Shown: in pieces, positions 25,641-38,125 of the stretch
How the letters are laid out: each line of letters opens with the position of its first letter
Numbering within the stretch: position 1 is the stretch's first letter
Source of the DNA: Felis catus
Lineage: Eukaryota
Reading direction: 5' to 3'
Assembly (NCBI RefSeq): GCF_018350175.1
Contig: NC_058368.1
Span: 101,248,001 to 101,312,000 of the forward strand
Length of the DNA stretch: 64,000 bases
Program-made: the position numbers and the translations under genes
Notes under the pieces: model-generated
Databases searched by the model: none
Told to the model about the DNA's origin: nothing
The model's input: the letters and a program-made list of their open reading frames with translations, nothing else

Positions 25641-26640
25641 GATCGTACACCTCTTCCAAGTGGTTCTCGGCCCCTATTTTTGCGTAAGACCCACCTGACG
25701 TGCTTGGTTACAGCGCAGATTTGGGGGCTCTTTCCAGCGTGACTAAATAGGACTCTCTGGGACTAAGACTCTGAGTCCTGCAGCTTAAGCCGTCACCCCA
25801 GCGGCTTCTGAAGCAGAAATCCTGGGTGTGTGCCACCTTGCTAACAGTCAGGCTGCCCGCCTGTGGCCGGGTATGTTGAGGACCAGATGCATCTATCGAC
25901 GGTTCTACAAAAATCCATTCCATGCTCCTAGAAAAATCATTCAGAGCCCTCGAGAGTGGCAAGTGGCTGCGTTTCTGCGTTTGAAGCCACGAGTTTTACC
26001 TCAAGCCAGACAAACAGGAAACTGCTATGCATTTGCAGACGACCGGTAATCTCCAGGCCTTTCCCTGAGTAGTGCCTCCTGCCACTTCATTTTATTGTTA
26101 CTTTTTCTTGTCACACATGCCCTGATGATGCTTTTTGTTTACCTGGGGCAACTGGTTTTTAATTGATTTTTTAATAAAGGTATTTCTTGCTCTCTTTCAC
26201 TCTGATTAAGAACCATAGCATGATCTCATCAGGCCCGGACAAGTATTGATGGGCTGGCGTATCATGGGGCTAATAAAGAGTGTTATCCAGTATTTTTTAG
26301 TGACACATAAAAACTCCCTCATGAAAGATACAGGAGGCCGAGCATAATATAAATGTCATTCTAGAAACAGTGGTATGAGGGTGTGTACGGCCAGACATTA
26401 GTGATTTCATTAATGCACTAAGACAGGTCTCTCCCAGGGATAAGTGGTGCTGAGTGGGCGCGGGAGGGTCAGAAGGAACGCGCAGGGGACGCCATCACAG
26501 AACCAACAGCGAGCCCTGTAGGTCTCTAGGTCTTTTTAGATAAGCTGTAGCAATCTAATAAAATGCTTCTGATGAATACAAAAAGGGCTTCGATTCTCCA
26601 TTTACCCATCTTCACCCCAAAACACTATTTAAAATATTTT

Positions 26641-26949
26641 GGGTGGCTGAGTCAGTTAAGCGTCCGACATCGACTCAGGTCATGATCTCACGGTTCATGA
26701 GTTCGAGCCCCGTATCAGGCTCTGTGCTGACAGCTCAGAGCCTGGAGCCTGCTTCCTATTTTGTGTCTCCCTCTCTCTCTCTCTGTCTGCCCCTCCCCTG
26801 CTGGTGCTTTGTCTGTCTGTCTGTCTGTCTGTCTCTCAAACATAAAATAAAATAAGCATAAAATAAACATAAAATAAACATAAAACATAAAATAAACATA
26901 AAATAAAATAAAATAAACATAAAATGTAAAACATAAAATAAAAAATAAT

Positions 26950-26985
<36 letters not shown>
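26641..26985 (+). mobile_element. CanSINE with expanded patterned tail
   Basis: Head lacks the first ~9 nt. TSD aaaatattt. About 150 bp CATAAAATAAA/TAAA tail. Confidence 0.95.
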
Positions 26986-27029
26986 AATATTTCAGAAGGA
27001 ATGAGGTATTGAAAGCCAGAAGTGTTTTT

Positions 27030-27226
27030 GGGGGTGCCTGTGTGGCTCATTTGGTTGAGCAACTTTCACTCAGGTCACGATCTCGTGGCTCATGAGTTCC
27101 AGCCCGCATTCAGCTCACTGCTGTCAAGGGCAGAGCCTGCTTTGGATCTCGTATCCCCTCTCTCTCTCTGCCTCTTCCTGCTTGCACTCTCTCTCTCTTT
27201 CAAAAATAAATAAATCTTGTAAAAAA
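27030..27226 (+). mobile_element. CanSINE
   Basis: Head, CT tract, tail. Confidence 0.92.
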
Positions 27227-27432
27227 TTGCTTTTGGATTTTTCTTTTTTTGTTCATTAAATCCTTAAATGCAATGTGATCTACTACTCCACTTCTTTGGT
27301 TTCTGACAGGGAGAAGGATTGAGGGTCTGAGAGAAATTTTCTGGAGCATCCCGCTTCTGCTCCTGGATTCTGTTTCACAGAGAAAAGAAGTTAGCAAGTG
27401 TTTTTCACAGAGAAAAGAAAACGATCAGAATG

Positions 27433-27652
27433 GGGGCACCCGGGTGGCTCAGTCAGTTGAGTGTCCAGCTTCAGCCCAGGTCATGATCTCGCGGTTTGTG
27501 AGTTCAAGCCCTGCGTCGCGCTCTGTGCTGACAGCTCAGAGCCTGGAGCCTGCTTTGGATTCTGTGTCTCCCTCTCTTTCTGCCCCTCCCATGCTCATGT
27601 TCTGTCTGTCTCTGTCTCTCAGTAATAAATAAACGTTAAAAAAAAAAAAAAT
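27433..27652 (+). mobile_element. CanSINE
   Basis: TSD agaaaacg(a/g)tcagaat. Confidence 0.95.
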
Positions 27653-28463
27653 AGAAAACGGTCAGAATTAGCAAAAGAACCCCAGCTTCACCATGAAATG
27701 TCCAGTTTTAGAGAGTCTAGGAAACCCCTCTAGGCCAACAGGCAGGAGAGATTTTGAAGATTTATTCCCAGATTAATAATGTTATTCTGTGATATGTGCC
27801 CCGTCTGACCAAGTGCCCTGGAAGACAAAACATTTAAAACTATCCATTTCCTTCCAGAAAGAAACCAGCTGAAGACACACAATGCATGGGAAAGCTTGCA
27901 CGTACATTCTCACCCACTTTCACACACCCTCAGGTTTCAAAGAAGCAAATATGTAGCAGCCTTTCCAAAGAGTACGCTGTGAAAGGTCTTTTAAAAGTTT
28001 GATTTGTGAAAAATCCACTGAGAAAAACCACAGAGCATAATTTTCTTCTAACGTCGGTCTCTACTTTCTCGTTCGCCTTTGACTTCATTATTTTCAGGGG
28101 ACTCTGTGTTTAGCACGCAGGGACAGGCCAGTGGAATCTGAATGATTACCATTAACATAACAACGTAACTCTTTTTGTACCTACAGGCTATGTATGCCTC
28201 TGGAAACTCCCGGTACGTGTGTGCACGCACCGTGTGGGCTTTCCTGCAACTTTGGAATGACGTTGTGAGTTGCATTAAGGAACATGGATCTTAGTCTGTG
28301 TACTATAGGTCACGGTGTCATGGACAGTCTTCCTATATTTAACACCTAATTGCGCGCTGTTTTCTTTTTCAGTTTCTCGCCAACACTTCGGTCCTTCAGT
28401 TTTTGTTTTGCTTTGTTTTGTTTTGCAACCAGAAGCCCAGGAACAGTTGTAAGAATAACTTCC

Positions 28464-28683
28464 GGGGCGCCTGGGTGGCGCAGTCGGTTAAGCGTCCGAC
28501 TTCAGCCAGGTCACGATCTCGCGGTCCGTGAGTTGGAGCCCCGCGTCGGGCTCTGGGCTGATGGCTCAGAGCCTGGAGCCTGTTTCCGATTCTGTGTCTC
28601 CCTCTCTCTCTGCCCCTCCCCCGTTCATGCTCTGTCTCTCTCTGTCCCAAAAATAAATAAAAAACGTTGAAAAAAAAAAAAAA
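28464..28683 (+). mobile_element. Young feline CanSINE
   Basis: TSD aagaataacttcc. Confidence 0.97.
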
Positions 28684-28789
28684 AGAATAACTTCCAACTG
28701 GAAAGGTACAAAATGAGAATGACTCAGGGTCCCAGATGATAAAGTGTCTGTAAATATCATAAAGCCATTGACTAAGACTTGATTCATTT

Positions 28790-29019
28790 TCTTTTCTTTT
28801 TTTTTTAATTTTTTACATGTTTTATTTATTTTTGAGACAGAGAGAGACACAGCCTGAGCAGGGGAGGGGCAGAGAGAGAGGAAGACACAGAATTCCAAGG
28901 AGGCTCCAGGCTCTGAGCTGTCAGCACAGAGCCCGATGTGAGGCTGGAGCCCACGAACTGTGAGATCATGACCTGAGCCAAAGTCGGACGCTTAACCGAC
29001 TGAGCCACCCAGGCGCCCC
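28790..29019 (-). mobile_element. CanSINE
   Basis: TSD acttgattcattttct. Confidence 0.96.
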
Positions 29020-29037
29020 TAACTTGATTCATTTTCT

Positions 29038-29072
29038 CAGTCGCTCAACCGACTGAGCCACCCACGTGCCCC
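29038..29072 (-). mobile_element. Isolated CanSINE 5' head fragment
   Basis: cgctcaaccgactgagccacccacgtgcccc. Confidence 0.85.
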
Positions 29073-29230
29073 TGTGCTAGCCACTTTAATAGACTATTTC
29101 CCTGTGATCTTCAAAACGACCCCAGGAGACCCATTTTACAGATGAGGAAGTTGAGGCACGAAGACATTCAGAGCGTGCGGCCAAGATAGGATGAAGCCAA
29201 GATTGAATCTAGGCAGTCTGACTCCATGAT
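29073..29230 (-). mobile_element. MIR
   Basis: cccattttacagatgaggaagttgaggcac..gaatctaggcagtctgactcca. Confidence 0.85.
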
Positions 29231-30416
29231 CGTGGGCACCCGGCCCCCACTGCCCGAAAAATGTGTTCAGATCTGTCCGATTTGAACAGGATTCGAAATC
29301 TTGGAACTCAGTCGTGAGGCTGGTAGACTTTTGGCATCATCCGTTCAACCCTGCCGGTTTTAGTTGAGCACCTCCAGGCAGCTAGGCTCCCAGGTCACCT
29401 TCTGCTATTCTTTTTACCCTGCCACACCGCCTCCTTGCCATCCCGCTTTCTTTCTCCTTCTCCAAACTCTGTGACTTGAGCGTCTAGGGACATGAAAGAT
29501 TAATAACCTTGGTCTGGACTAGGCCGACTGTGGGCAGGCCTTGTGGGGACTTTTCCCACACTTTGGTGCCAACAGGTCTCAGGCCTGAAGTGCTTACACC
29601 CCTGTTATTTTTTCTAGCCGTGGGCCTCTCTGGAGCCAACCAGCCCCACGGTGACACGCTGAACGGGGGTTTTGAGGGGCAGACCCATGGGATGCTGCCG
29701 CCCGGCTCGTCGGGGAGCCGGCTCCGGCTGCCTTTACCTTCCTTCTAAAACTAGTGTCAGACCAGAGACATGCTGGAAACTTCCCAAGCTGACACTTTAG
29801 TCTATGTAACTAAATCCATCAGTGAAATACTCATGCTGTCTACATCATTTTTCCTTTCCTAGTGATTAGCAGCCAGAAAAAGTTTGTCTCGAGGAATTCA
29901 CTTCCCCCAGGACCTTTTCAAGTATCACAGAGTTCACTAAGAAAAACGTGGGGCCTATCTCTGGGTCCAGAAGCGGGTCCTGCTAGTGAGCTCAGTGACT
30001 GTGGATGTGTGGCTTCTTTTCCCTGGACCCAACATCCTTCACTGCTAGACTTGGCTTAAATGGATTCGAAATCTCTTCCAACTTCAAGGTTTCCATGATC
30101 TTTGGTCAGCCTCAGTCAAGCTAAGTCTAGATTTGCTTTGATTTTCATTAATTTGCACGTTTATTCATTTGCCTGAGAATATTTTTAAAGTAACTGGCTT
30201 GTGCCCCGTGCTTGGGATACAGTGGTTGGCAAACCCACAGATAGTCAATCCATCTCTGTGTGATAAGTGCCACCAATGAAACATTCGGGGAGATAGGAGA
30301 GAATGTGATAGACTCTGACCTTAGCTGAGAGGCCAGGCATGGCCGTGGAGATGAAGTGGATGTTAGCTGAGACCTGAAGGGTGCGTTGGCCATCAGCCAA
30401 AAAAAAAAAGGGGGGG

Positions 30417-30650
30417 GGGGCGCCTGGGTGACTCAGTGGGTTAAGCGTCTGACTTTGGCTCAGGTCATGATCTCACGGTTCGTGGGTTCGAGCCCCGCAT
30501 CAGGCTCTGTGCTGACAGTGCTGAACCTGCTTTGGATTCTCTCCCTCTCCTCTCTTTCTCTCTCTCTCAGCCCCTCCCCAACTTGGGCATGCACTCTCTC
30601 TCTTTCTCAAAAATAAGTAAAACTTAACAAAAACAAAACCAAAAACAAAT
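30417..30650 (+). mobile_element. CanSINE preceded by A and G runs
   Basis: Head ggggcgcctgggtgactcag. Confidence 0.95.
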
Positions 30651-30769
30651 GAACTTTGCAGGCAGAGAGGACAATGATTTGGACCACTCTGTGCCAGGCA
30701 GGACTTATGGAACCATTCAAAGCAATGAAAGAGCCTCACTGGGCCTGGAGTGTAATCAGTGAAGGGCAT

Positions 30770-31170
30770 ATGGTTTCCCATGGTCCTTAGAATAAAGTCC
30801 CAACTCCTTGCCTGATTGTGGCTGTGAGACCTTGCCTACATCGCCAGCCTCACCTCATGCCACTCCACCTGTGACTTCTTCAGCCACATTGCGCTTCTTT
30901 TTCTCAACCATATCACCGCTGCTAGCCTCACGGCTTTGCAGGTACTAAGACACTCGTGCTCTCACCGGGCCAAGTACCCCCCATCCTTCTGTAAGCAGCC
31001 TAACTGTGACCTCTTCCCAGAGACCTGTCCTGATCACCGTGTCTCAGCTCTTCCCACCCGGTTAGTCTCTGGCTCTGAACCTGTTCGTTTCTGTCCCAGC
31101 ACTTGGGGTCAAGGTTATTTTGTTGACGTGTTCATTCCCCAAGGGCAGGTGTCGTATCTGTCTTCATCTC
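30770..31170 (+). mobile_element. L2 fragment
   Basis: ttagaataaagtcccaactccttgcc..ccagcctcacctcatgccactcc..gacctgtcctgatcacc. Confidence 0.65.
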
Positions 31171-31231
31171 TCATTAAGTGTTTGGGGTTTGAAGGTGGCT
31201 GGACGGTCAACAGGTTATAAAGTGCCTTACA

Positions 31232-31474
31232 GGGGCACCTGGGTGGCTCAGTTGGTTGAGCGTCTGACCCATGGTTTTGGCTCAGGTCGTAATCTCATGG
31301 GTTGTAAATTCGAGCCCGGCGTCAGGCTCTGCCCTGACAGCGCGGAGCCTTCTTGGAATTCTGTCTCTCTCTTTATCTCTGCCCATCCCCTGCTGTCTCT
31401 CTCACTCTCTCTCTCTCAAAATAAATAAATGAAATTTTAAAAAATCACTGACAATTATTTAAAAAAAAAAAAAA
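31232..31474 (+). mobile_element. CanSINE
   Basis: Head ggggcacctggg. TSD-like gccttaca / gcctaaca. Confidence 0.93.
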
Positions 31475-31599
31475 AAAGCCTAACAGCACCGAGGAGCTTG
31501 GCCTCACCCTGTGACCAAAGGCACGTATCCGAGAGTCTCGTGGAGGATGTGACATCTCCTTGTTGGGCATGTAGGAGTGCTTTCTGGAAACCAGATGAT

Positions 31600-32200
31600 G
31601 GGAAAGAGGCAAGCGAAGGTGGAGGGAGAGCAGGTGAGCTGATTGAGAGGTGAGAGTGGCTTGCGCTCGGATGGTAAAAGTAAGCAAAGGGGGCCGGACT
31701 CCAGGAGTACTTAGAAGATGAAGGTCTGTAAGATTGCGTGATGTTTGGGTCATAGGTGTGGGGGAGAAGGAAGGGTGAGGAGGCCCGGGCTTCCGACGTG
31801 ACTACATCCTTTTGCCAGTGGGAAAAGAGCGGAGGAAGAGAAGCAGGCTTGTAGAAAGACGTGAAGGATTAGGCTGCAGTGCCTGTTAGACGTCCCAGTA
31901 GACTGTCTGTTCCAGGGGCTGTGTGATCGGTGGATCTGGAGCTCACAAGAAAGGTCTGGGCTTGGAGACAGCATATTTGGGAGTCTCGGAAGTTGGGAAG
32001 TGGGGGTGTCCTGAGAGGCAGAGGTGGGTCTGATGGGGAGGATCCGAGGGAGTAAACCGCCTTCCGTGGAGAGCCGTGATGGAGAAGTCTGGCAACACAG
32101 CCAGGTTCAACGGTGGCAGGAAAGCATATGGGGTTAATGATGATGCCCGAGAGCTTTAGGTCAGAGTGGAACACGTGTAAGGATTTGAAAGGGTATGGGA
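31600..32200 (-). mobile_element. L2 fragment
   Basis: tggatctggagctcacaagaaaggtctgggcttggagacagcatatttgggagtc. Confidence 0.75.
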
Positions 32201-32399
32201 GAAGGGAGGGGTGAGAGATAGTGTCAAAGTGCGCTCTGGATAGGTTGTATTTCTCTACAGTTTTACCAACCGCTCCAGTCTCTCCAAGTCCTCTGCTCAG
32301 CCTTTGGTTCTTTGCCACCAGATGAGGGCAAGCTAGTGTTTTGTTGTAATTATAACAGGCATTTCTTCAATTTTGAGTGCACTTAACATTGTTATGTTA

Positions 32400-32554
32400 A
32401 GGGGAGGGGCAAAGAGAGAGGGGGACAGAGGATCAGAAGTGGACTGTGTGCTAACCACAGGAAGCCCACTGTGGGGCTTGAACTCACGAGCCGTGAGATT
32501 ACAACCTGAGCCAAAGTCAGACATTTAACCAACTGAGCCACCCAGGCATGCCCC
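32400..32554 (-). mobile_element. CanSINE, tail missing
   Basis: ggggaggggcaaagagag..ccacccaggcatgcccc. Confidence 0.9.
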
Positions 32555-33528
32555 GCCATTGGTTTTTCCTTTATTGAACTACTGGGGTTTTGTTGCTTGC
32601 TGCTGTTAATTCGTTAGTTCTTCGTGTATGTGTCACAAAAATTTTGGGAATGACCTCCACATCCTTCAAAATAGGAGTTGTTACATACATTACAGAATAC
32701 TGAGCAAACTTGAGAAATACTTCTTTAGGACTGCCTGTGCTCCTAAAATACCATCTCCGAAATGTGCAGTGGATAAAGCACGATTTAACACTGCACGTAA
32801 AGTAGGCTACCTTATGCGCAACACAACGTTTATCATATGTGTGGAATATTACCACACGAATACGTAAGAAATGAGGGAATTGGATGACCAAGGGGGCTAG
32901 TGTAAAAGCTAGATTGGCTTTTTATGGTAGACGCTTTGTGCTTGTCGAATTTTGAGCTGTGTGTATAGATTACTTGTTGAAAAATAACCCATTCCTTGGA
33001 AATGGGAACGGACTGAGTGGTTGTCAGTGACGCTCCAGAGCTGAGGCAGTAGTTTTCTGTCCTCGTGTGTATTTATCAAGTCCGGGAGATGACAGACAGC
33101 GGCGGGCTTTCATTTGAAACACTTTTCAGGTTCATTTGATCACTTTGAAGAGGGAAACTAAACAGACTTTTGGAACACTTTTCAAGTATCAAACGTGTTC
33201 TGTGTTTCAAAGGGTTTTAACTCACAAGTAGACCTTTCTCTGCACTGACAGTCCCCACTTTAAGAAACTAAAACAAGTAGCTTGTAACCGCCCCTCCCCC
33301 CCCCAGAATAAGGATAAATTATGATTACTTCTGATCAAATATGGAATGTCAAGCCTAGAAGAAAGAAAAAGAAACTCTCAAACTAGAGTCTGTGTTAGTG
33401 TTTCCATAAAACGTGCCATGTCCTATACATTGCAGAGTCCCAGCTAAGAAAGTCTATTAATAGAAGTGGTAAAACAATAATGGGGGCCCTTAGGGCCTGG
33501 TCATTTTTAAAGATAGGAGAATGGGTTC

Positions 33529-33749
33529 TTTTTTAAATTTTTTTTTCAACGTTTATTTATTTTTGGGACAGAGAGAGACAGAGCATGAACGGGGGAGGGG
33601 CAGAGAGAGAGGGAGACACAGAATCGGAAACAGACTCCAGGCTCTGAGCCATCAGCCCAAAGCCTGACGCGGGGCTCGAACTCACGGACCGTGAGATCGT
33701 GACCTGGCTGAAGTTGGACGCTTAACCGACTGCGCCACCCAGGCGCCCC
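33529..33749 (-). mobile_element. Young feline CanSINE
   Basis: TSD aggagaatgggttctt. Confidence 0.97.
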
Positions 33750-34218
33750 AGGAGAATGGGTTCTTGGCTTTATTGTTTTAGACCTGTTGCAACACCTGCC
33801 AGCTGTACTTCTTATTTGTGAGGATTTTTTCCCATTACGTGTGGAAAAACATTTTCAAACAGAGTGTAAAAACCATTCAAGAAAACTCAAAGTCACAGCA
33901 ATGAAGCTTGATAATGTAGTCCAGACAAACTTTATTTACAAATTTGAAAATAGTCACTGAGGGCTTTTATTAACCCATAAGCTCCCATGCTGTGGAAAGC
34001 CCTAACTATGGAGGTAATTTCTATGAAAAGGATTGCCCGCAAGTACAAATCCTGTAGGTCAGGGGGGAAAAAAGGTCAATTTCATAATAGTTCTCATAGG
34101 TGTAATTGATGAGGGTCTCAAGCATCATCCATCAGTCTGACAATGGTGTGTAGATACTGAAGGAGATGCTTGCTCATTCTAGGCTTCTGGAATCTCTTGA
34201 TTGAAATACCACAGCCTA

Positions 34219-34447
34219 GGGATGCCTGGGTGTGTCAGTTGGTTAAGCATCAGACTCTTGGTTTCAGCTGAGATCATGATATGGTTTGTAACTTCAAGCC
34301 CCGCATTGGGCTCTGTGCTGGCAGCACGGAGCCTGCTTGGATTCTCTTTCTCCTTCTCTTTCTACCCCTTCCTCACTTGTGTGTGCACATGCGCTCTCTC
34401 TCTTGCCCTCTCTCTCTCAAAAATAAATAAATACACTTAAAAGAAAA
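34219..34447 (+). mobile_element. CanSINE
   Basis: TSD gaaata..cagccta. Confidence 0.93.
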
Positions 34448-35685
34448 GAAATAACCCAGCCTAGGAATTCTTCAGAGGGACTGCCCTCCACCTTGTTGAG
34501 CCCTTCATTTTAACAGCTGAGACCATCCAAATCCACCCCAAGTATTGGGAGCATCCAGGTGGTGGGACCTGGGAACCCTCCCACAATTCTTTTCCTCACT
34601 AACTGATCAGTTTCCTCAGGGATTCTTTCAGGTTAAGGAATTGACAATGGATATACGAAAATATTAAGACAGCGCAAACAGAGTGTGGTGGTTAAAGTCT
34701 TGTACCTTAGAACCAAAAAGACCTGGATCTAAATCTGAGCACCCCTGTTAACTGTAAAACCCACTACAGAGGGTGGAGTGAGGGTTGAAAACCATAAGAC
34801 TGTCACCTGACTCCAAAGACTCCTCCCTCTGAGACAGGCCCACCTCTGGGCTACCCAATCCAGTTTCAGTGACACCCATGTGGTGTAATAATTACATGAA
34901 TGATTAAAATATAGGAGATATGGAGACCAAATGGGGAAGCAGATGCCCTCCCCCCCATCCTGGGGAGGGGCATGGAGGGAGGGCTTCAGGAAGAGGATCC
35001 ACTCTGAGCTTTGCAGGGAAAGATAAAATGGGATGTGGGAAGTGACAGCTCTAGGTGTGACAATGACTCCTCTATCATCTTTGGTTAGGTTGCTGCTTCT
35101 GAGGGACTTGGATAACCCCAGCAGGGCTGGGGTATGTGCTGTGTTTGTTTTAGCCAGGGCTTGCCACACTGATTGCCGCAGGGCAGGGTTCTCAGTCCTC
35201 TTCGTATATTCCAGAACAACTTTGCCCTTCTCTGCCTATGGCCTCCTTCATCTCTTCCCAAGAGGAGAGACTATGCATGGACACATTGCAGGGTTTGGTG
35301 AGGCCGTGATACCAGTGGGCAGGACCGCTGTGTGTAAGATAATTGCATCCCTCTTTCCTGATTCTCCCTGATCCCTGCCCCAAGCCCAGGTGTCCCTAAG
35401 CAGTGAGAGCTTCCAGCTGGCCTGTGGACTGTAAGGTCCTTCTGCTTCAAGTCCCTTCTGAGGCCCGGTTTCTTTTACGGGAGCTATGGAATGTAGGAGA
35501 ATCTCCATAAATGATGGCTAGATTGAATTATGATCTGGCTAAGAGAAACTCCATCCTCTTGCTTATACATGCTGACTTTTGGATTAGTACTAAATGCTCA
35601 TGGTTGTTGTGACATGTTTTTGATTTATGATTTAGACAGGTGAGTTTTCTTGGAGCCATTGCTGGCATCAAAATTGGATTACAGC

Positions 35686-35910
35686 CACCTGGGTGGCTCA
35701 GTTGGTTAAGCGTCCAACCTCAGCTCAGGTCATGATCTCACGGTTCATGGGTTCATGGGTTCCAGCTCAGCGCTGGGCTCTGCGCTGACAGCTCGGAGCC
35801 GGGAGCCTGCTTCAGATTCTGTGTCTCCCTCCCTCTGCCCCTCCCCTGCTCATGCTCTGTCTCTCTCTGTCTCTCAAAAATAAATAAGTGTTTAAAAAAT
35901 ATTTTTTTTT
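35686..35910 (+). mobile_element. CanSINE
   Basis: TSD aaattggattacagc; internal ggttcatg duplication. Confidence 0.95.
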
Positions 35911-36299
35911 AAATTGGATTACAGCTAAGTTCGCTCTCCTGGTTTATACCACTGTGGAAATGGATAGGTATGATGAACTTGCACCAGTCAGTTCTTTCCA
36001 GCCTCCGCTCCCATGATGGCTTGTAAATCCTTGTGTAGGCCACTGCTCTGTGCAGGGACTTGGGACTTGTTTCTCTGAGCTCGTTCCTGATTCTCTCCCT
36101 CCAGCCTTCCCAGTGGTTCCAAGGACACACATAAATGGGTCTGGGTTTCATAACCTAGGAGGCTAAAGAGCAGTGCAGAGGAGAGATGTGTCAAAAGACA
36201 CAGAGCAACCAAAAAGTGGTCCTGGCCAGGAGAAAGCAAATTCTAGGGCTCTTGGACTCCTGTCTTACCCTCCTGACCCCAGTCTCTCTCTTGGAATCT

Positions 36300-36620
36300 C
36301 CTTCCAGGTATCCACGTGGCTCACCACCTCCCTTCAGGCTTATCTCTGCTTAAATAACAGAGAGACCTACCCTGACCTCCTTTTTGCAGCGTCTCTTCAT
36401 CCCAGCCAGCGTCCTCTCTCCCTTCTCCTTCTCCCACTCCAGTTTTCTTCATAGCCCTTATCATCCCCTGACAAGTTCGATACTAATGTCTTGATTGCCC
36501 GTGAACTCTAACTAGAACCCAGTGTTTGTGAGAACAGGGACCTTTTTTTTTTTTTTCCACTGTTCTATCCCAACACCTATGACAGCACCTGGCACATAGG
36601 AGGCAGTAAACACTTGCCAG
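36300..36620 (+). mobile_element. L2 3' end
   Basis: ctcaccacctcccttcagg..ttcatagcccttatca..cagcacctggcacataggaggcagtaaacacttg. Confidence 0.8.
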
Positions 36621-36914
36621 ATTGAAGAGTGACCACCAGCTAATAATTAGCCCTTCGGCGGTGCTAGGCGTTTTATATGCATTCCTTCATCAGATTCTTA
36701 GACCAGCCTAATAAGACAGATGAGAGAATTATCCACATTGTACAAATGAGAAAGCTGCCACCGAGAGATCATAGAGCTTGTCTAAAGCCACATGGTTTAT
36801 TAAGTAGTGAAACTTCCCTACAGTCAAGGGCAAAGTAACCACAGGCACTCCTTTCTTGACCACGGTACATTGCGCTCAGATTCTACCTTCCCGATGCTCC
36901 TCCTGAGAATCTAC

Positions 36915-37122
36915 TTTTTTTTTCTTTTTTCACATTTATTTATTTACTTAGAGCATGTGTGGGAAGGGTAGAAAGACAGGGAGAGAGAGAGAGAACCCCA
37001 AGCAGTCTCTGCACTGTCAGCACAGAGCCCAGTGCGGGGCTCAATCTCACAAACCGTGAGATCATGACCTGAGCCGAAACCATGAGTCAGGTGTTTAACA
37101 GACTCAGCCACCCAGAGGCCCC
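36915..37122 (-). mobile_element. CanSINE
   Basis: TSD ctcct(g/c)agaatct. Confidence 0.93.
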
Positions 37123-37881
37123 ATCTCCTCAGAATCTGTAGCAGAGATCAATCTAGCACAGTCCTAACTTTTGGACTATATTGAAAATATTTTTTCACTG
37201 ATGACTTTGAATGTAAAAATTGCCACCAAGGAAAAGGCAAATATATTCAAATATTCAAAGAAGCAGAGAATAGGAAGAAAAGTCAGTTACAGGATCTACA
37301 AGGCACATGAACAGAGTAAATCTGCTCATAGATTTTCCTTATTTTTGTATTCCGTTAAATGGCTTCAGAGAAATGCTTTGAGATGACAAGTTAGCTGACA
37401 CCTTGAAAAAGCTCATCAGTTTTCAAGAAACATTAGGTCCTGAGTCAATTAGTACTTGTAGTTATATTTTCCTGGGGATGTGAATGCCAGCGTGATGGCA
37501 GAGGAAAGCTGTCTACATCAGCCCCAAATATCTTGTCAAATCAGAATTGCCTTGTGGGCAATCGCACTGGTACCTGGAATCTTACCATGAGCTGTGACTC
37601 CGTCTCCTGCTAAAATACATCTCCTGAAGGAGATAGCCCTTTACTGTTCTCTCTTTTATGTGAATGTGTCCAGTTATTCATGAAAAGAAATTTTTAACGG
37701 AGGAAAGGGTAGAGTACACATGAGGACGTGCCTTTCTGAGTGAGAACAGGGAACGGAAAACAGGGAGAAGAGAGAAAATGAATCAGCAGGTGTCCCCTAC
37801 CTGGCACATCCGAAGTGTGAATTTAAAGGAGTCTAGTAACCAAAGTAAAACTAATGAGTTTTATTAAAAAGTTCCTTTTGA

Positions 37882-38109
37882 GGGGCGCCTGGGTGGCGCA
37901 GTCGGTTGAGCGTCCGACTTCAGCCAGGTCACGATCTCGCGGTCCGTGAGTTTGAGCCCCGCGTCGGGCTCTGGGCTGATGGCTCGGAGCCTGGAGCCTG
38001 TTTCCAATTCTGTGTCTCCCTCTCTCTCTGCCCCTCCCCCGTTCATGCTCTGTCTCTCTCTGTCCCAAAAATAAATAAACGTTGAGAAAAAAAAATTAAA
38101 AAAAAAAAA
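37882..38109 (+). mobile_element. Young feline CanSINE
   Basis: TSD aaaaagttccttttg. Confidence 0.97.
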
Positions 38110-38125
38110 GTTCCTTTTGGTAAGC

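Noticed and set aside
31475..31491. aaagcctaacagcaccg resembles the antisense 3' end of 5S rRNA
   Set aside because: Short, needs indels, and is explained as the tail plus right TSD (gcctaaca vs left gccttaca) of the 31232 SINE.
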